A stretch of DNA of 64,000 nucleotides from an uncultured Desulfobacter sp. (lineage in GTDB: Bacteria > Desulfobacterota > Desulfobacteria > Desulfobacterales > Desulfobacteraceae), in contig OY762069.1 in NCBI GenBank assembly GCA_963665095.1, forward strand, positions 6,272,001-6,336,000, read 5' to 3'. Position numbers and translations under genes: made by a program. Each line of letters opens with the position of its first letter. The first letter of the stretch is position 1. This document shows positions 50,342-60,024 of this stretch, one piece after another. The notes beneath the pieces are model-generated. The model saw only the letters and a list, made by a program, of their open reading frames with translations, did no database searches and had not been told where the DNA came from.

Positions 50342-51598
50342 ATGGAAAATGATATTTTAATATATAATAGTACCCTTTTAACCATGGATGAGGGCCTGCC
50401 TGTGGTTGAAAACGGGTTTGTTCATATTTCAGACGGCAGGATTGCTGACTTTGGACCGGCAGGGCCGGACCTGGAAAAGCAAGTTTTACAGGGCAGGCGT
50501 ATAGATGCCCGGGGCGGCATTATCATGCCCGGTCTTGTGAACGGGCATACCCATGCCCCCATGTCCATGTTCCGGGGGCTGGCCGATGACCTGCCCCTGG
50601 ATGTCTGGCTCAACGAACATATTTTTCCGGCCGAGGCAACCCAGGTGACCCCGGAATCGGTGGCGGCCTGGACCGCCCACTCCTGCCGGGAGATGCTTGC
50701 CGGCGGCATCACCACCTGCTGTGACGGGTATTTTCTGGAAGCATATGCTGCGAAAGCTATGGCGGACTCCGGCATCCGGGCCGTGGCCGGTCAGGGGGTG
50801 ATTGATTTCCCTGCCCCGGGAGTCCCGGACCCGACAGGGAATATAAATCATGCAAAGGATTTTATTGAAAAAAGCGGCCGGCTCTCCTCCCGGGTAACCC
50901 CGGCTGTCTTCTGCCACTCCCCTTATACCTGTTCTAAAAAGACCCTGGTGGCAGGCAAGGCCCTGGCCCGAAACACAGGGGTGCTGTTCCAGGTCCATGT
51001 TGCGGAAACACAGGCTGAATCCGGCATGATCAAAGAAAATGACGGCCTGTCCGTGGTGGCCTATCTTGACAGTTTAGGCATCCTTGATGCAGACACGCTT
51101 CTGGTTCACAGCGTCTGGGTGGATCAATCTGATATTGAAATAATTCAGAAGCGGGGCTGTGGTGTGATTCACTGCCCGGAATCCAACATGAAGCTGGCTT
51201 CCGGCGTGGCCCCGGTACCGGACATGGTGGATGCCGGTGTGACCGTGGGGCTTGGTACGGACGGCTGCGCCTCCAACAATGACCAGGATATGTTTTCGGA
51301 GATGGGCACAGCCGCAAAACTGCATAAGGTGATCCGCATGGATCCCTGCGTCATGGATGCACGCACCTGTCTGAAAATGGCGACCATTGACGGAGCAAAG
51401 GCGCTTGGACTGGGGAAGGTGACCGGTTCCATCTGCAGAGGCAAGGCTGCGGATATCATTGTGGTGGATACGGCCGGACTTCACATGACGCCCATGCATG
51501 ATCCTTACTCCGCGCTGGTCTATGCGGCAAGGGCCTCGGATGTATCCTGGGTGCTGGTGGACGGTCAGGTGCGGGTGGAGAACAAATGCCTTGTATGA
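50342..51598 (+). CDS. Amidohydrolase, MTA/SAH deaminase (MtaD) family
   Basis: PGLVNGHTH, HSPYT, HVAET, HCPESNMKLASG and GTDGCASNN; AGGAG upstream. Confidence 0.85.
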   Translation: MENDILIYNSTLLTMDEGLPVVENGFVHISDGRIADFGPAGPDLEKQVLQGRRIDARGGIIMPGLVNGHTHAPMSMFRGLADDLPLDVWLNEHIFPAEATQVTPESVAAWTAHSCREMLAGGITTCCDGYFLEAYAAKAMADSGIRAVAGQGVIDFPAPGVPDPTGNINHAKDFIEKSGRLSSRVTPAVFCHSPYTCSKKTLVAGKALARNTGVLFQVHVAETQAESGMIKENDGLSVVAYLDSLGILDADTLLVHSVWVDQSDIEIIQKRGCGVIHCPESNMKLASGVAPVPDMVDAGVTVGLGTDGCASNNDQDMFSEMGTAAKLHKVIRMDPCVMDARTCLKMATIDGAKALGLGKVTGSICRGKAADIIVVDTAGLHMTPMHDPYSALVYAARASDVSWVLVDGQVRVENKCLV

Positions 51599-51665
51599 TC
51601 AGCCATGCTTGTGCATGTGACGGGTCCTGGGGGAGATCTGTTTTTATAATGACCTGCCTCATAAA

Positions 51666-51706
51666 TAAAAAAGCCGACTGTCTGCCCCAGGGGCAGACAG
51701 TCGGCT
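51666..51706 (-). terminator. Strong intrinsic terminator
   Basis: AGCCGACTGTCTGCCCC/GGGGCAGACAGTCGGCT stem with a T-run on the minus strand. Confidence 0.85.
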
Positions 51707-51811
51707 GGATAATGTCTATCAGCAAAGTTTCAGGATCAGGTGTCAGATCAGATTCAGGTTCAGTATAAGAGCATTCAGCGTCAGCATCAACATCAACCAT
51801 TATCCAAATGT
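51666..51811 (-). ncRNA. Candidate small RNA with repeated CUGA motifs
   Basis: GGATAATG/CATTATCC closing stem enclosing 9 CTGA and 2 TTGA, followed directly by the terminator. Possible promoter TTGACT (51842-51847) with an AT-rich -10. Confidence 0.5.
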
Positions 51812-51891
51812 TAGAAACTATATATTATTCGGTAGAATCCAAGTCAATAATAAATTTGTGAATGATTGTAAAAAAACTATTCGGCTTTGTA

Positions 51892-52893
51892 TCATGGGAT
51901 TCCTTCTTCCTTTTTATTTGCTGTTGTATTGGTTCCTGCCACGGCAGGGATGCCAAAGGATTTAAAATAATCTGCCAGGCGCTGGGTCTCCTGATGTATG
52001 GTTTCTGCATCCGGCATGTTTTTATCTGCCATGGGGTAGGGCCGGCCCAGGGCTTTATATTTTTCAAGCCCCAGTGGGCGGTAGGGCAGCAGCTGTAGCT
52101 GGATGATGCGGTTGGCAAGTGTCTCCGTGATATACTTGGCTGTAGCGCTGACATTGGTCCTGTCATTGTTTACCCCGGGAATCACGGGGATGCGGATGAT
52201 CAGCGGTACCCGGTTCTGTGCCAGAAAAGCAATGTTGGATACAATCTGTTTGTTATCCACCCCGGTAAAGGTCCTGTGCTGCACAGGATCCATATGCTTG
52301 ATATCTGTGATGATCAGGTCTGCAGTGGGAAAGACCTTTTCAAGGATCTTCTGGGGACAGTGAAGGGCGGTTTCAAGGCAGGTGTGGATGCCTTCACCCC
52401 GACAGGCAGTGAGCAGTGCCCGGGTGAATTCCCACTGGACCAGGGCTTCGCCCCCGGACACCGTGACCCCGCCACCGGATTTTTCATAGAACTCCCGGTC
52501 TTTGACAATAACGGCCATGACCTCATCCACGGTCATTTTTTTGCCGAAAAAAGAGACCGCATTGCCCGGGCAGGCATCTGCACATTCAAAACACCCGGTG
52601 CAAAGATCCTGGTTGATGCCTGATATCTGGCCGTTGGTATGCACCAGGGCGTTAGCCGGACAGGCCGGGATGCAGAATCCGCATTTATCTGTTCCCAGAC
52701 ACCGGTCCGGGTGGATGGCGGGTTCGGGTTTCAGGGCCTGGCTTTCCGGATTGGAACACCAGAGGCAGCGCAGGGGACATCCTTTAAGGAACACCTCGGT
52801 GCGGATACCTGGGCCGTCATGGATGGTAAAGTGCTGGATGTTGAAAACAATCCCCTGCCTGGATGGGCCCGTCCGGGCCGGTGCGTCCGGCAT
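51892..52893 (-). CDS. Glycyl-radical enzyme activating enzyme (radical SAM with ferredoxin insert)
   Basis: HDGPGIRT..FLKGCPLRCLWCSNPE, two extra Cys clusters and GGVTVSGGE. Confidence 0.95.
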   Translation of the reverse strand: MPDAPARTGPSRQGIVFNIQHFTIHDGPGIRTEVFLKGCPLRCLWCSNPESQALKPEPAIHPDRCLGTDKCGFCIPACPANALVHTNGQISGINQDLCTGCFECADACPGNAVSFFGKKMTVDEVMAVIVKDREFYEKSGGGVTVSGGEALVQWEFTRALLTACRGEGIHTCLETALHCPQKILEKVFPTADLIITDIKHMDPVQHRTFTGVDNKQIVSNIAFLAQNRVPLIIRIPVIPGVNNDRTNVSATAKYITETLANRIIQLQLLPYRPLGLEKYKALGRPYPMADKNMPDAETIHQETQRLADYFKSFGIPAVAGTNTTANKKEEGIP

Positions 52894-52896
52894 GGG

Positions 52897-55425
52897 TTAG
52901 AAATCAAGCTCCGTGCGGCCGATGATGTCATACTGCAGCGGCTTGCTCAACTCCACAAAATAGGCGGAGTAGCCTGCCACCCGCACCACCAGGTGCCGGT
53001 ACTTTTCCGGGTGCTTCAGTGCCTCCAGAAGGGTCTCACGGCTCACAATATTGAACTGGGAGTGCATGCCTTTCCGGTCAAAGTACACGTCAATGAGCGA
53101 GATCAGGTTATCCCGCCCGGCGTCACCGGATACGCAGGCAGGGGTGAATTTCCAGTTAAGAAGGGTGCCGTTGCCGGCCCGGATGTGGTCCAGCTTGGTC
53201 ACGGATTTGGCAATGGCTGTGGGGCCTTTGATGTCGTGGGACCCGCCGTCGGTATGCACGGCCCCTAGACAGTCAGACACCGGTTCCAGGGCCTTTCGCC
53301 CCTCCACCGAGGCCCATTGCAGCAAACCTATGGCCACGTTGGCGGATACCGAATAAACCCCTGGCAGGTAGATGCCGCCCCGGGCGTTGCGCCGGCCTTC
53401 AATGTGCATGCAATAGGTGTCTGTGGCAAACCGGGCCAGCTCGTCTGCATAATCATCGTCATTGCCGTAATGGGGCACCTTGTCTGAGTTGACCAGGGTG
53501 TAAAGGGCTTCCGATCCCTGCCAGTTGTTCTCGCAGGCCTCCAGGAGATCCGCTCCTGTGAACCGTTTTTTGTCAAACACCAGGTGTTTGATGGTGGAAA
53601 GCCCGTCCGCCACCGTGCCCACGCCCACCGCCTGGGGACCGGTGAAGTTGTATACGGCACCGCCGGCGGTAACATCTCTTCCCCTTTCAATGCAGTCGTC
53701 CATGATGGCGGACAAAAAAGGCAGGGGTTTGAGTTCCTGGTGGACCTGGTCCATAAGTTCCGTAGCACTGACCATCTGGTCGGTCCAGTATTTCATCTGT
53801 TTGTTATAGGCGGCTTTTACCTGGTCAAAAGAGGTGAACTCCCTGAGGCTGCCTGTGGCAGGACCTAAACGAAGTCCTCTGCCCCCGCATTCATCCCAGC
53901 GTATGCAATGGGCGCCGCAGCCGATGCACCGGCCGTCATTGATGGCAAGTTCCAGTACCTTGGCAATGGAGAAATAGGCAGAGTCGTGCCAGCCGTACTC
54001 CTTGCCCCCGGCGTCAATCTCCACGCACCCCACCACATGGTAGTTACGGGCGTCTTCCAGGCTCCGGCCGGCTTTCCGGGAGGCCGGGATGGCCGCCTGG
54101 TCATTGAATAGCTTGGGCTGGCCCGTGCCGATGCGGATAACATTCACCGCCTTTACCTTGAACTGCCAGGGTGTGTTTTCATGGAACCGCACGGCCAGCC
54201 AGGGAACGCCGATGCGCAGATGGGCGTCGGCATCCAGGACCATGTAGCTTAAGTCATTGGTGGCGTCATTGCCATCCTTGTCCACACCGCCCACGGTGAG
54301 ACTGTCCCCGCCCATGCCGCGGCCGGAGTTGGCGATCACCGTGAGCCGGTCCCGGAGCTTGGTCCACCACAGGTCCTTGATAAAGGAGATTTCAATGAGC
54401 TCCTGGATCTCTTCCCTGGTTGCCCGGCCGGCGTTGATGTCGTTTTTGTAAAAGGGATACATGTACTGGTCAAAGCGGCCGAATGATACCGAGTGCCCGT
54501 TGGATTCAACCAGGATCAGGGTGGTGGCCATGTACCACAGCTGCAGGGCCTGGCGGAAGGTTTTCGGCGGCGTTTCAGCCACATGGGTGCATGTTTCGCT
54601 GATGGTGACAAGCTCTTTTTTCCAGTCCGGGTCTGATGTCTTTTCCGCCATTTCACGGGCAAGTTTGGCATACCGCAAAAGATAGTTGGTGGCCGCATCC
54701 AGCACAATCAACTCGGCCTGGTAAAAGGTCCGCTTTTTCAAGTTTTCCGGAAGCGTTACATCCAGTTCCATCATTTTTTTGCGAACTTGGGCCTTAATAC
54801 CGGAAAAGCCAAGTTCAAACAGTTTTTCATAATTGCCCTGGGTATGTCCCACCCCGCCGAAAAGGTACAAGTTGAGCAGGAACAGCCCCTTGCCCAGGTT
54901 GGAACCCTTAACCTCGTCCGGGCTCATCCTGGCCCGTACCGACTCCTCAACGGTTTTGCCCTTCCAGAAACCGGCAATGCCGGCAAGCGCTTTCTCACTT
55001 CGTTTCGAGATATAATAGTTGTCATGGAGCCGGTCCTTCCATGGATGGTTTTTCATCTCATCCATGATCCAGTCATAGGAGAACTCCGGGAAGATGGGGG
55101 CAGATTTCATAGGGGCGGCCATCTGGCCGACGATCAGTTCGTCTTTTTGGATGGAGATGGCCACGTTTTCAAGCACATGGGCAAAGGCCCGGGCACATTT
55201 GATAAGCTGGGGCTTGTCCCTGTGCATCTTATAAGCTTCAGTCACGAGGCAGGCCCGCTGGTGATCCACGGTGAATTCGGTGTCCAGCACAAATTTTCTG
55301 AACCGGTTGACCCGCTCAAAAGGAGAGGGCGCTTCATTCATCCCGGATTCCCCCACCGGCCAGACCCTGTCAAACGGTTCAATCCCGCAGGGCATCTCCT
55401 GCTTGTCTAATTCAGGTACTCCCAT
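52897..55425 (-). CDS. Glycyl radical enzyme (PFL2/dehydratase-lyase type, substrate unknown)
   Basis: Cys loop VVGCVE, Gly loop VRVAGYSAYF, GRFDQY and YGNDD. ATG 55425 follows GGAGG. Confidence 0.93.
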   Translation of the reverse strand: MGVPELDKQEMPCGIEPFDRVWPVGESGMNEAPSPFERVNRFRKFVLDTEFTVDHQRACLVTEAYKMHRDKPQLIKCARAFAHVLENVAISIQKDELIVGQMAAPMKSAPIFPEFSYDWIMDEMKNHPWKDRLHDNYYISKRSEKALAGIAGFWKGKTVEESVRARMSPDEVKGSNLGKGLFLLNLYLFGGVGHTQGNYEKLFELGFSGIKAQVRKKMMELDVTLPENLKKRTFYQAELIVLDAATNYLLRYAKLAREMAEKTSDPDWKKELVTISETCTHVAETPPKTFRQALQLWYMATTLILVESNGHSVSFGRFDQYMYPFYKNDINAGRATREEIQELIEISFIKDLWWTKLRDRLTVIANSGRGMGGDSLTVGGVDKDGNDATNDLSYMVLDADAHLRIGVPWLAVRFHENTPWQFKVKAVNVIRIGTGQPKLFNDQAAIPASRKAGRSLEDARNYHVVGCVEIDAGGKEYGWHDSAYFSIAKVLELAINDGRCIGCGAHCIRWDECGGRGLRLGPATGSLREFTSFDQVKAAYNKQMKYWTDQMVSATELMDQVHQELKPLPFLSAIMDDCIERGRDVTAGGAVYNFTGPQAVGVGTVADGLSTIKHLVFDKKRFTGADLLEACENNWQGSEALYTLVNSDKVPHYGNDDDYADELARFATDTYCMHIEGRRNARGGIYLPGVYSVSANVAIGLLQWASVEGRKALEPVSDCLGAVHTDGGSHDIKGPTAIAKSVTKLDHIRAGNGTLLNWKFTPACVSGDAGRDNLISLIDVYFDRKGMHSQFNIVSRETLLEALKHPEKYRHLVVRVAGYSAYFVELSKPLQYDIIGRTELDF

Positions 55426-55472
55426 ACCCCCCTCCTTGTTTTTGTTTGTTTCTGGAACCTTATGTCCAAACA

Positions 55473-55826
55473 CTATTTCATTAATTCCAGGGCCCTTGCA
55501 AACCACATAAACTCCTTGAAACTGCCCTCAACAATGACCTTTTTTTCTGTCAGCGCCGCCACAATGGCCTCATCATTTTTACAGGTCATGGTGTTAAAGG
55601 CTGTGTCCTGGTCACACCACACCATGGCCGCATCAAAGGTGTCTATATTTCTGGATGAGCGAATCAGACCGTTGCTGAAAACATATTGTCTGCCGGTATT
55701 CTTCCGGCTGGTTGTGATGGTGACGGAAAGTTCCTTGCCCTGGATAAATTTTTTAAAGACCGGATTGTTTCGGGCTGCTTTTTTCAGTTTTTGCGCCAGA
55801 ATAAATAGAACAAGATGGAATTTCAT
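55473..55826 (-). CDS. Small SCP2-like (sterol/lipid carrier fold) protein
   Basis: 117 aa, C-terminal AL..KKVIVEGSF..FMWF pattern; lies between tetR and the glycyl radical enzyme. Confidence 0.55.
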   Translation of the reverse strand: MKFHLVLFILAQKLKKAARNNPVFKKFIQGKELSVTITTSRKNTGRQYVFSNGLIRSSRNIDTFDAAMVWCDQDTAFNTMTCKNDEAIVAALTEKKVIVEGSFKEFMWFARALELMK

Positions 55827-55852
55827 AGAGCCGAATCCTTATGGGATTTTGG

Positions 55853-56554
55853 TTAGGGGTGACGTTTGTCCTCAGGCACGGTTTTTAATATCGGCCGACT
55901 GTTTATTAGGTCAATGCGCTGGCGTGTATTTTCCAGGGTGCGTGTGATGATTTCCTCTTTCAGGGTCAAAGGGGCGCCATGCAGGTACTGTAAAAGCGTA
56001 TTGTTGATGCCGGCGACATATCCGTGCATCTGCGACCAGATAATGATAAATTCCTGGCGCAGCAGTTCTTCTGTCCTGGTATCGGGCGGGTTGTCCAGAC
56101 AGGCCGCCAGGATATCCATGAAAAAGACAACACATTCAAGGGCCGAGGCCAACTGTTTTTCCGCTGTCTCTTCCACCGGGGTGCCGATATAATCATTGTA
56201 TTTGGGGACATGCCAGGTAAAAAGCAGATTGTAAAAATTGGCCTGGGAAAGTCCGAAATCCACATAGGTCCGGATGATGGCCTCAAGGCGCTTTGGGGGG
56301 GTGTCACAGGTGTCAGTTGCCCTTTTAAAGGAGTCAAGGAGCTGCTCAAACCCTTTAATGAGCAGGTGAAGATAGAGATCGTCCTGGCTGTGGAAATAGT
56401 TGTAGATTGTCTTTGCGGCAATGGAGAGCCGGGTGCCCAGTTTTCTCATGCTGAAACCGTCATAGCCGTCGGTCACAATAAGATCCAGGGCATGATTCAT
56501 AATGGTTTCTCGAACAACATCAATCTCTTCGGGACTGCGGTGAACTTTAGGCAT
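55853..56554 (-). CDS. TetR/AcrR-family regulator
   Basis: GYDGFSMRKLG..L.I...TIYNYF.S.DDL; C-terminal WSQMHG. Confidence 0.92.
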   Translation of the reverse strand: MPKVHRSPEEIDVVRETIMNHALDLIVTDGYDGFSMRKLGTRLSIAAKTIYNYFHSQDDLYLHLLIKGFEQLLDSFKRATDTCDTPPKRLEAIIRTYVDFGLSQANFYNLLFTWHVPKYNDYIGTPVEETAEKQLASALECVVFFMDILAACLDNPPDTRTEELLRQEFIIIWSQMHGYVAGINNTLLQYLHGAPLTLKEEIITRTLENTRQRIDLINSRPILKTVPEDKRHP

Positions 56555-56583
56555 GTCGCCTCCTTTTCAGGGATATAATTTTT

Positions 56584-56612
56584 ACCGTAACACCGTTACT
56601 TTTTTGCGTCAA
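56584..56612 (-). promoter_or_regulatory. Promoter and palindromic TetR operator of the glycyl radical operon
   Basis: TTGACG-17 nt-TACGGT with a TGn extension; palindrome GTAAC-ACC-GTTAC at 56587-56599 overlaps the -10. Confidence 0.65.
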
Positions 56613-56786
56613 GGGGAGGCTGGCCTTTTATGAGAATGGGAAACTTATTGTTTTTTTTGAAGAATATTATTGCTGTGCAGAACTGTCTGCCTGGTGCCGA
56701 TGATGGCGGAGGAAAGAGTTGGTTACAATCGGCACCAGGCGGTGTTATTTGTCAGGGTGACGTGCTGCAATGGGCGGTCCGTGCTG

Positions 56787-57527
56787 TTATTCAAGATGCC
56801 CGAATTTTTGCTCAAAAGCGCAGAAAACGATTTCTGCAGCCTGGGATTCGTCCTTTATATGTTTTTTGTTGATCACCAGGTCAAACTCTTCCGGGGCGGC
56901 GTTGTTTGAATTATAGATTGTTTTAAAGAAATCCGTCTGTTCTTTATCCAGTTTTTTGAGCTGATTCTCTGCCTTTTGCGCCGTTATGCCAAGCATTTTG
57001 GACAGTCGCGAAATCCTGTATTCCGTATCAGCAATTACTCTGACCGCAAGCACACTTTCCCTGGGCAGGATCAGGTGGATGCCCCTTCCCACAAAGATGG
57101 TGGGCTCCATACCGGCCAGGACAGCCGCAGTTTTCGCCAGATGTCTGGCATAATCACTTTTTAAATAGGTTTTTTCGCTGATCAGCATGGTAAACAGTTC
57201 GCTCATGATGCCGGGATATTTTTCATCAAAAAACTCCACAGCTTTTTTCGTCAGATCTTTTTCCTGGGCCATGAATTCCAGGATTTCCCGGTCAATGACT
57301 CTCATGGGCAGGCGGTCCGCTAACAGATCCGCGATTTTCAGCGCCCCGACCCCGATCTGGCGGGAAAAGCAGATGCAGGGAAAGATTGCATTGGCAGGCA
57401 GTTTTTTAGACTCTTTTTCAGGTGACTGGCCCCATTTTCTAATGTTGACTTCTGCCCAGGCAGCGGCGCTCAGTCTTTTCTTCCCGTAATCACCGGGTAT
57501 ATAGCCGGTTTTTGTGTCATCAGTCAT
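56787..57527 (-). CDS. Cytidylate kinase-like family protein (paralog 1)
   Basis: ICFSRQIGVG, IDREIL, IFVGRG and FDLVIN; 246 aa; GGAGG upstream. Confidence 0.85.
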   Translation of the reverse strand: MTDDTKTGYIPGDYGKKRLSAAAWAEVNIRKWGQSPEKESKKLPANAIFPCICFSRQIGVGALKIADLLADRLPMRVIDREILEFMAQEKDLTKKAVEFFDEKYPGIMSELFTMLISEKTYLKSDYARHLAKTAAVLAGMEPTIFVGRGIHLILPRESVLAVRVIADTEYRISRLSKMLGITAQKAENQLKKLDKEQTDFFKTIYNSNNAAPEEFDLVINKKHIKDESQAAEIVFCAFEQKFGHLE

Positions 57528-57874
57528 GATATCTCCTCCTCCTGTTTGTGAAAGATCCGATAAAGCGCGGACGCTTTCTAATTTCTGGTGTGGACCGAAC
57601 CAGCGATGCATAAACCGGGGACGGTCCGTGACCGTCAAAAAATCTTTATACCATCAAGAGGAGCAATAAAAATGCCATGGAGAAGCCAGATTTGATTTTA
57701 ATATAACTCTTTAAATTGATTGTTTATCCGCATGTTGTGAATGGCGCTTTCGCCCAGGCAGGCAGGCTGAAGTGTCGGTTTTTTTGCCGTTGTGAAAAAG
57801 CGGCTGACAGGCACAAAAGCAGACGGTTGCCGTTCTGTGACCGGTACAGCAGCGAATATTGGCTGTTGCAGGGG

Positions 57875-58615
57875 TTATGTCAGGTGTCCGAATTTATGCT
57901 CAAAGGCGCAGGAAACGATCTTCATGGCCTGGGATTCCTCCGTCAGATATTTTTTGTTAATCACCAAATCAAACTCTTCCGGGCTGGCGTCATTTTTATT
58001 GAATATTTTTTGAAAAAAGGCAGTCTGTTCCTGATCAAGCATGTTCAGCTGGTTTTCAGCCTTTTGTGCCGTGATCCCGAACATTCTGGATAGCCGTGAG
58101 ATCCGGTATGCCTTGTCTGCAATCACTCTGACCGCAAGTATGCTTTCCCGTGGCAGGATAAGGTGAATCCCTCTGCCCACAAAGATAGTGGGTTCCATGC
58201 CGGCCAGAACCGTCGCTGTTTTTGCCAGCTGCATGGCATAATCACTTTTTAAAAACGGCCTTTCTTTGATCACAGAGGAAAAGATGTTGTCAGCGACGCC
58301 GGGGTGTTCTTCCTCAAAAAATGCCTCTGCCTTTTTTGTCAGGTCTTTTTCCTGCGTCATGAATTCCAGTATTTGCCGGTCAATGACCCGCATGGGCAGA
58401 TGTCTGGCTAAAAGATCTGCAATTTTCAGGGTGCCGACTCCGATCTGCCTGGAGAAGCAGATACAGGGATAGATGGCATTGGGCGGCAGTTTTCTCGGCT
58501 TTTTATCCGGTGCCTTGTCCATGTTTTTAATATGGGTGTCTGCCCAGTCAGCGACATGCTGCCTTTTCTGGCCGTAGTCACCGGGCAAATAGGTCGTTTT
58601 TTCGTCTTTGGTCAT
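57875..58615 (-). CDS. Cytidylate kinase-like family protein (paralog 2)
   Basis: Same motifs and same 246-aa length as paralog 1. Confidence 0.85.
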   Translation of the reverse strand: MTKDEKTTYLPGDYGQKRQHVADWADTHIKNMDKAPDKKPRKLPPNAIYPCICFSRQIGVGTLKIADLLARHLPMRVIDRQILEFMTQEKDLTKKAEAFFEEEHPGVADNIFSSVIKERPFLKSDYAMQLAKTATVLAGMEPTIFVGRGIHLILPRESILAVRVIADKAYRISRLSRMFGITAQKAENQLNMLDQEQTAFFQKIFNKNDASPEEFDLVINKKYLTEESQAMKIVSCAFEHKFGHLT

Positions 58616-58842
58616 AGTCTGTTTCCCCCTTTCATTTAAATACGGGCTGCATACGGCACAATATTTCTACCGTATAATTACAAACCGTATCCTGGGCCAA
58701 ACAACCGGGATGGTCTGAGATTTCCATTATTTTCAGACTACTGAAAAAGCAATAAAAATGCCATATCAAAAACGTCAAACCGGACAATAAAACCCGGCCT
58801 TGACGAATTATCAATTGTCAGCCATAGTAGGCTTTCGAAAAT

Positions 58843-58940
58843 AACCTTTGCTGGGGGCGCTTTAAACGGCTGAGAAGAAAACGTGCAAGTTTTCTGACCC
58901 TTGGAACCTGATGCGGATAATACCGACGCAGGGAAGCGGA
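58843..58940 (+). promoter_or_regulatory. TPP riboswitch
   Basis: GCTGGGGG..GGCTGAGA..ACCCTTGGAACCTGATGCGGATAATACCGACGCAGGGAAGC upstream of thiM, with TTGACG-17-CATAGT at 58800-58828. Confidence 0.95.
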
Positions 58941-59123
58941 TATAAAAACGGCTGGTCTGCCGTTTTATTCACGCCTTATTAATTCCCTGTAAAACAGCTT
59001 TTTTATTCCTGCCCGGGTTCCGTGGTGCCGCTTTTAATCCTATCCCTGACAAAATTCACGGGCTGACTTGAACGCCGGATAGAAGGACAGTTTGAGGCAG
59101 CCTGAAGGAGAGCCTGTTTATCT

Positions 59124-59990
59124 ATGCATACAGATGACATTGTAAAAAAGACATACGGTCTTTTGGCCCGGCTGAAAAAGGAAAACCCTCTGATTCATGT
59201 GGTCACCAACTTTGTGGTGATGAACCAGACGGCCAATGCCCTGCTGGCCTTAGGCGCCTCTCCCATGATGTCCTGGGCGGAGCCCGATGCAAGGTGTATG
59301 TCCGGAATATCTGATGCACTTTGCATCAATACCGGCACACCGGTTGAATCCCGTCTCGCTGTGATGAAAACTTTGATGACCATGGCTGAAAGGTTGAAGA
59401 AACCAGTGGTTCTGGACCCGGTGGGGGCAGGTGCAGGGCCATACAGGACGGACATTGCCAGGGCGCTTAACGCCATTGCACCGGCTAAGATCCTCAAGGG
59501 GAATGCCTCTGAGATCTGTGCCCTTGCCGGAAGCATGCAGGTCTCTAAGGGCGTGGAGAGTACAATTTCATCTGAACAGGCCAGAGAGATCCTTTTGGGG
59601 CACGGACGGCCCGCCGGTTCAGTGCAGAAAGTCCCAAAGGGTGCTGCTGCACTTTTTGCATCGGCGTCGGCCCTTGTTGTTTCGGGAAAGAGTGATTTTG
59701 TGATGGGGCAGGGCCAGGTGGTGCATATTCACAATGGTTCTGATCTCATGGGGATGGTGACAGGCACCGGGTGCATGCTGTCAGCCATTTGTGCGGCGTT
59801 TTATGCCGTGGCGGAAAACGCTTTTGATGCGGCAGTCAGTGCTGTGGCCATCACCGGGATTGCCGGCGAACTTGCCGGTGAGAGGGCAGCCGGGCCCGGC
59901 TTTTTCATGGGGCATTTTATTGACAGCCTTTACAGTCTTGACGAACAGACCATCAGCCAGCGCCTGAGGGCTGACATTCATTGCATTTAA
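59124..59990 (+). CDS. thiM: Hydroxyethylthiazole kinase
   Basis: PLIH.VTNFVVMN.TANALLALGASP.M, LDPVGAGA, KGNASEI and VTGTGC. Confidence 0.95.
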   Translation: MHTDDIVKKTYGLLARLKKENPLIHVVTNFVVMNQTANALLALGASPMMSWAEPDARCMSGISDALCINTGTPVESRLAVMKTLMTMAERLKKPVVLDPVGAGAGPYRTDIARALNAIAPAKILKGNASEICALAGSMQVSKGVESTISSEQAREILLGHGRPAGSVQKVPKGAAALFASASALVVSGKSDFVMGQGQVVHIHNGSDLMGMVTGTGCMLSAICAAFYAVAENAFDAAVSAVAITGIAGELAGERAAGPGFFMGHFIDSLYSLDEQTISQRLRADIHCI

Positions 59991-60024
59991 CAAGGTAAGG
60001 CCTGCCGGCCTAAAGGAAAAATCA

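Noticed and set aside
51456..51800. Acidic 114-aa ORF MVDVDADAE...
   Set aside because: It crosses a strong terminator, runs antisense into the amidohydrolase and has no clear ribosome-binding site; its composition follows from the TGA repeats.
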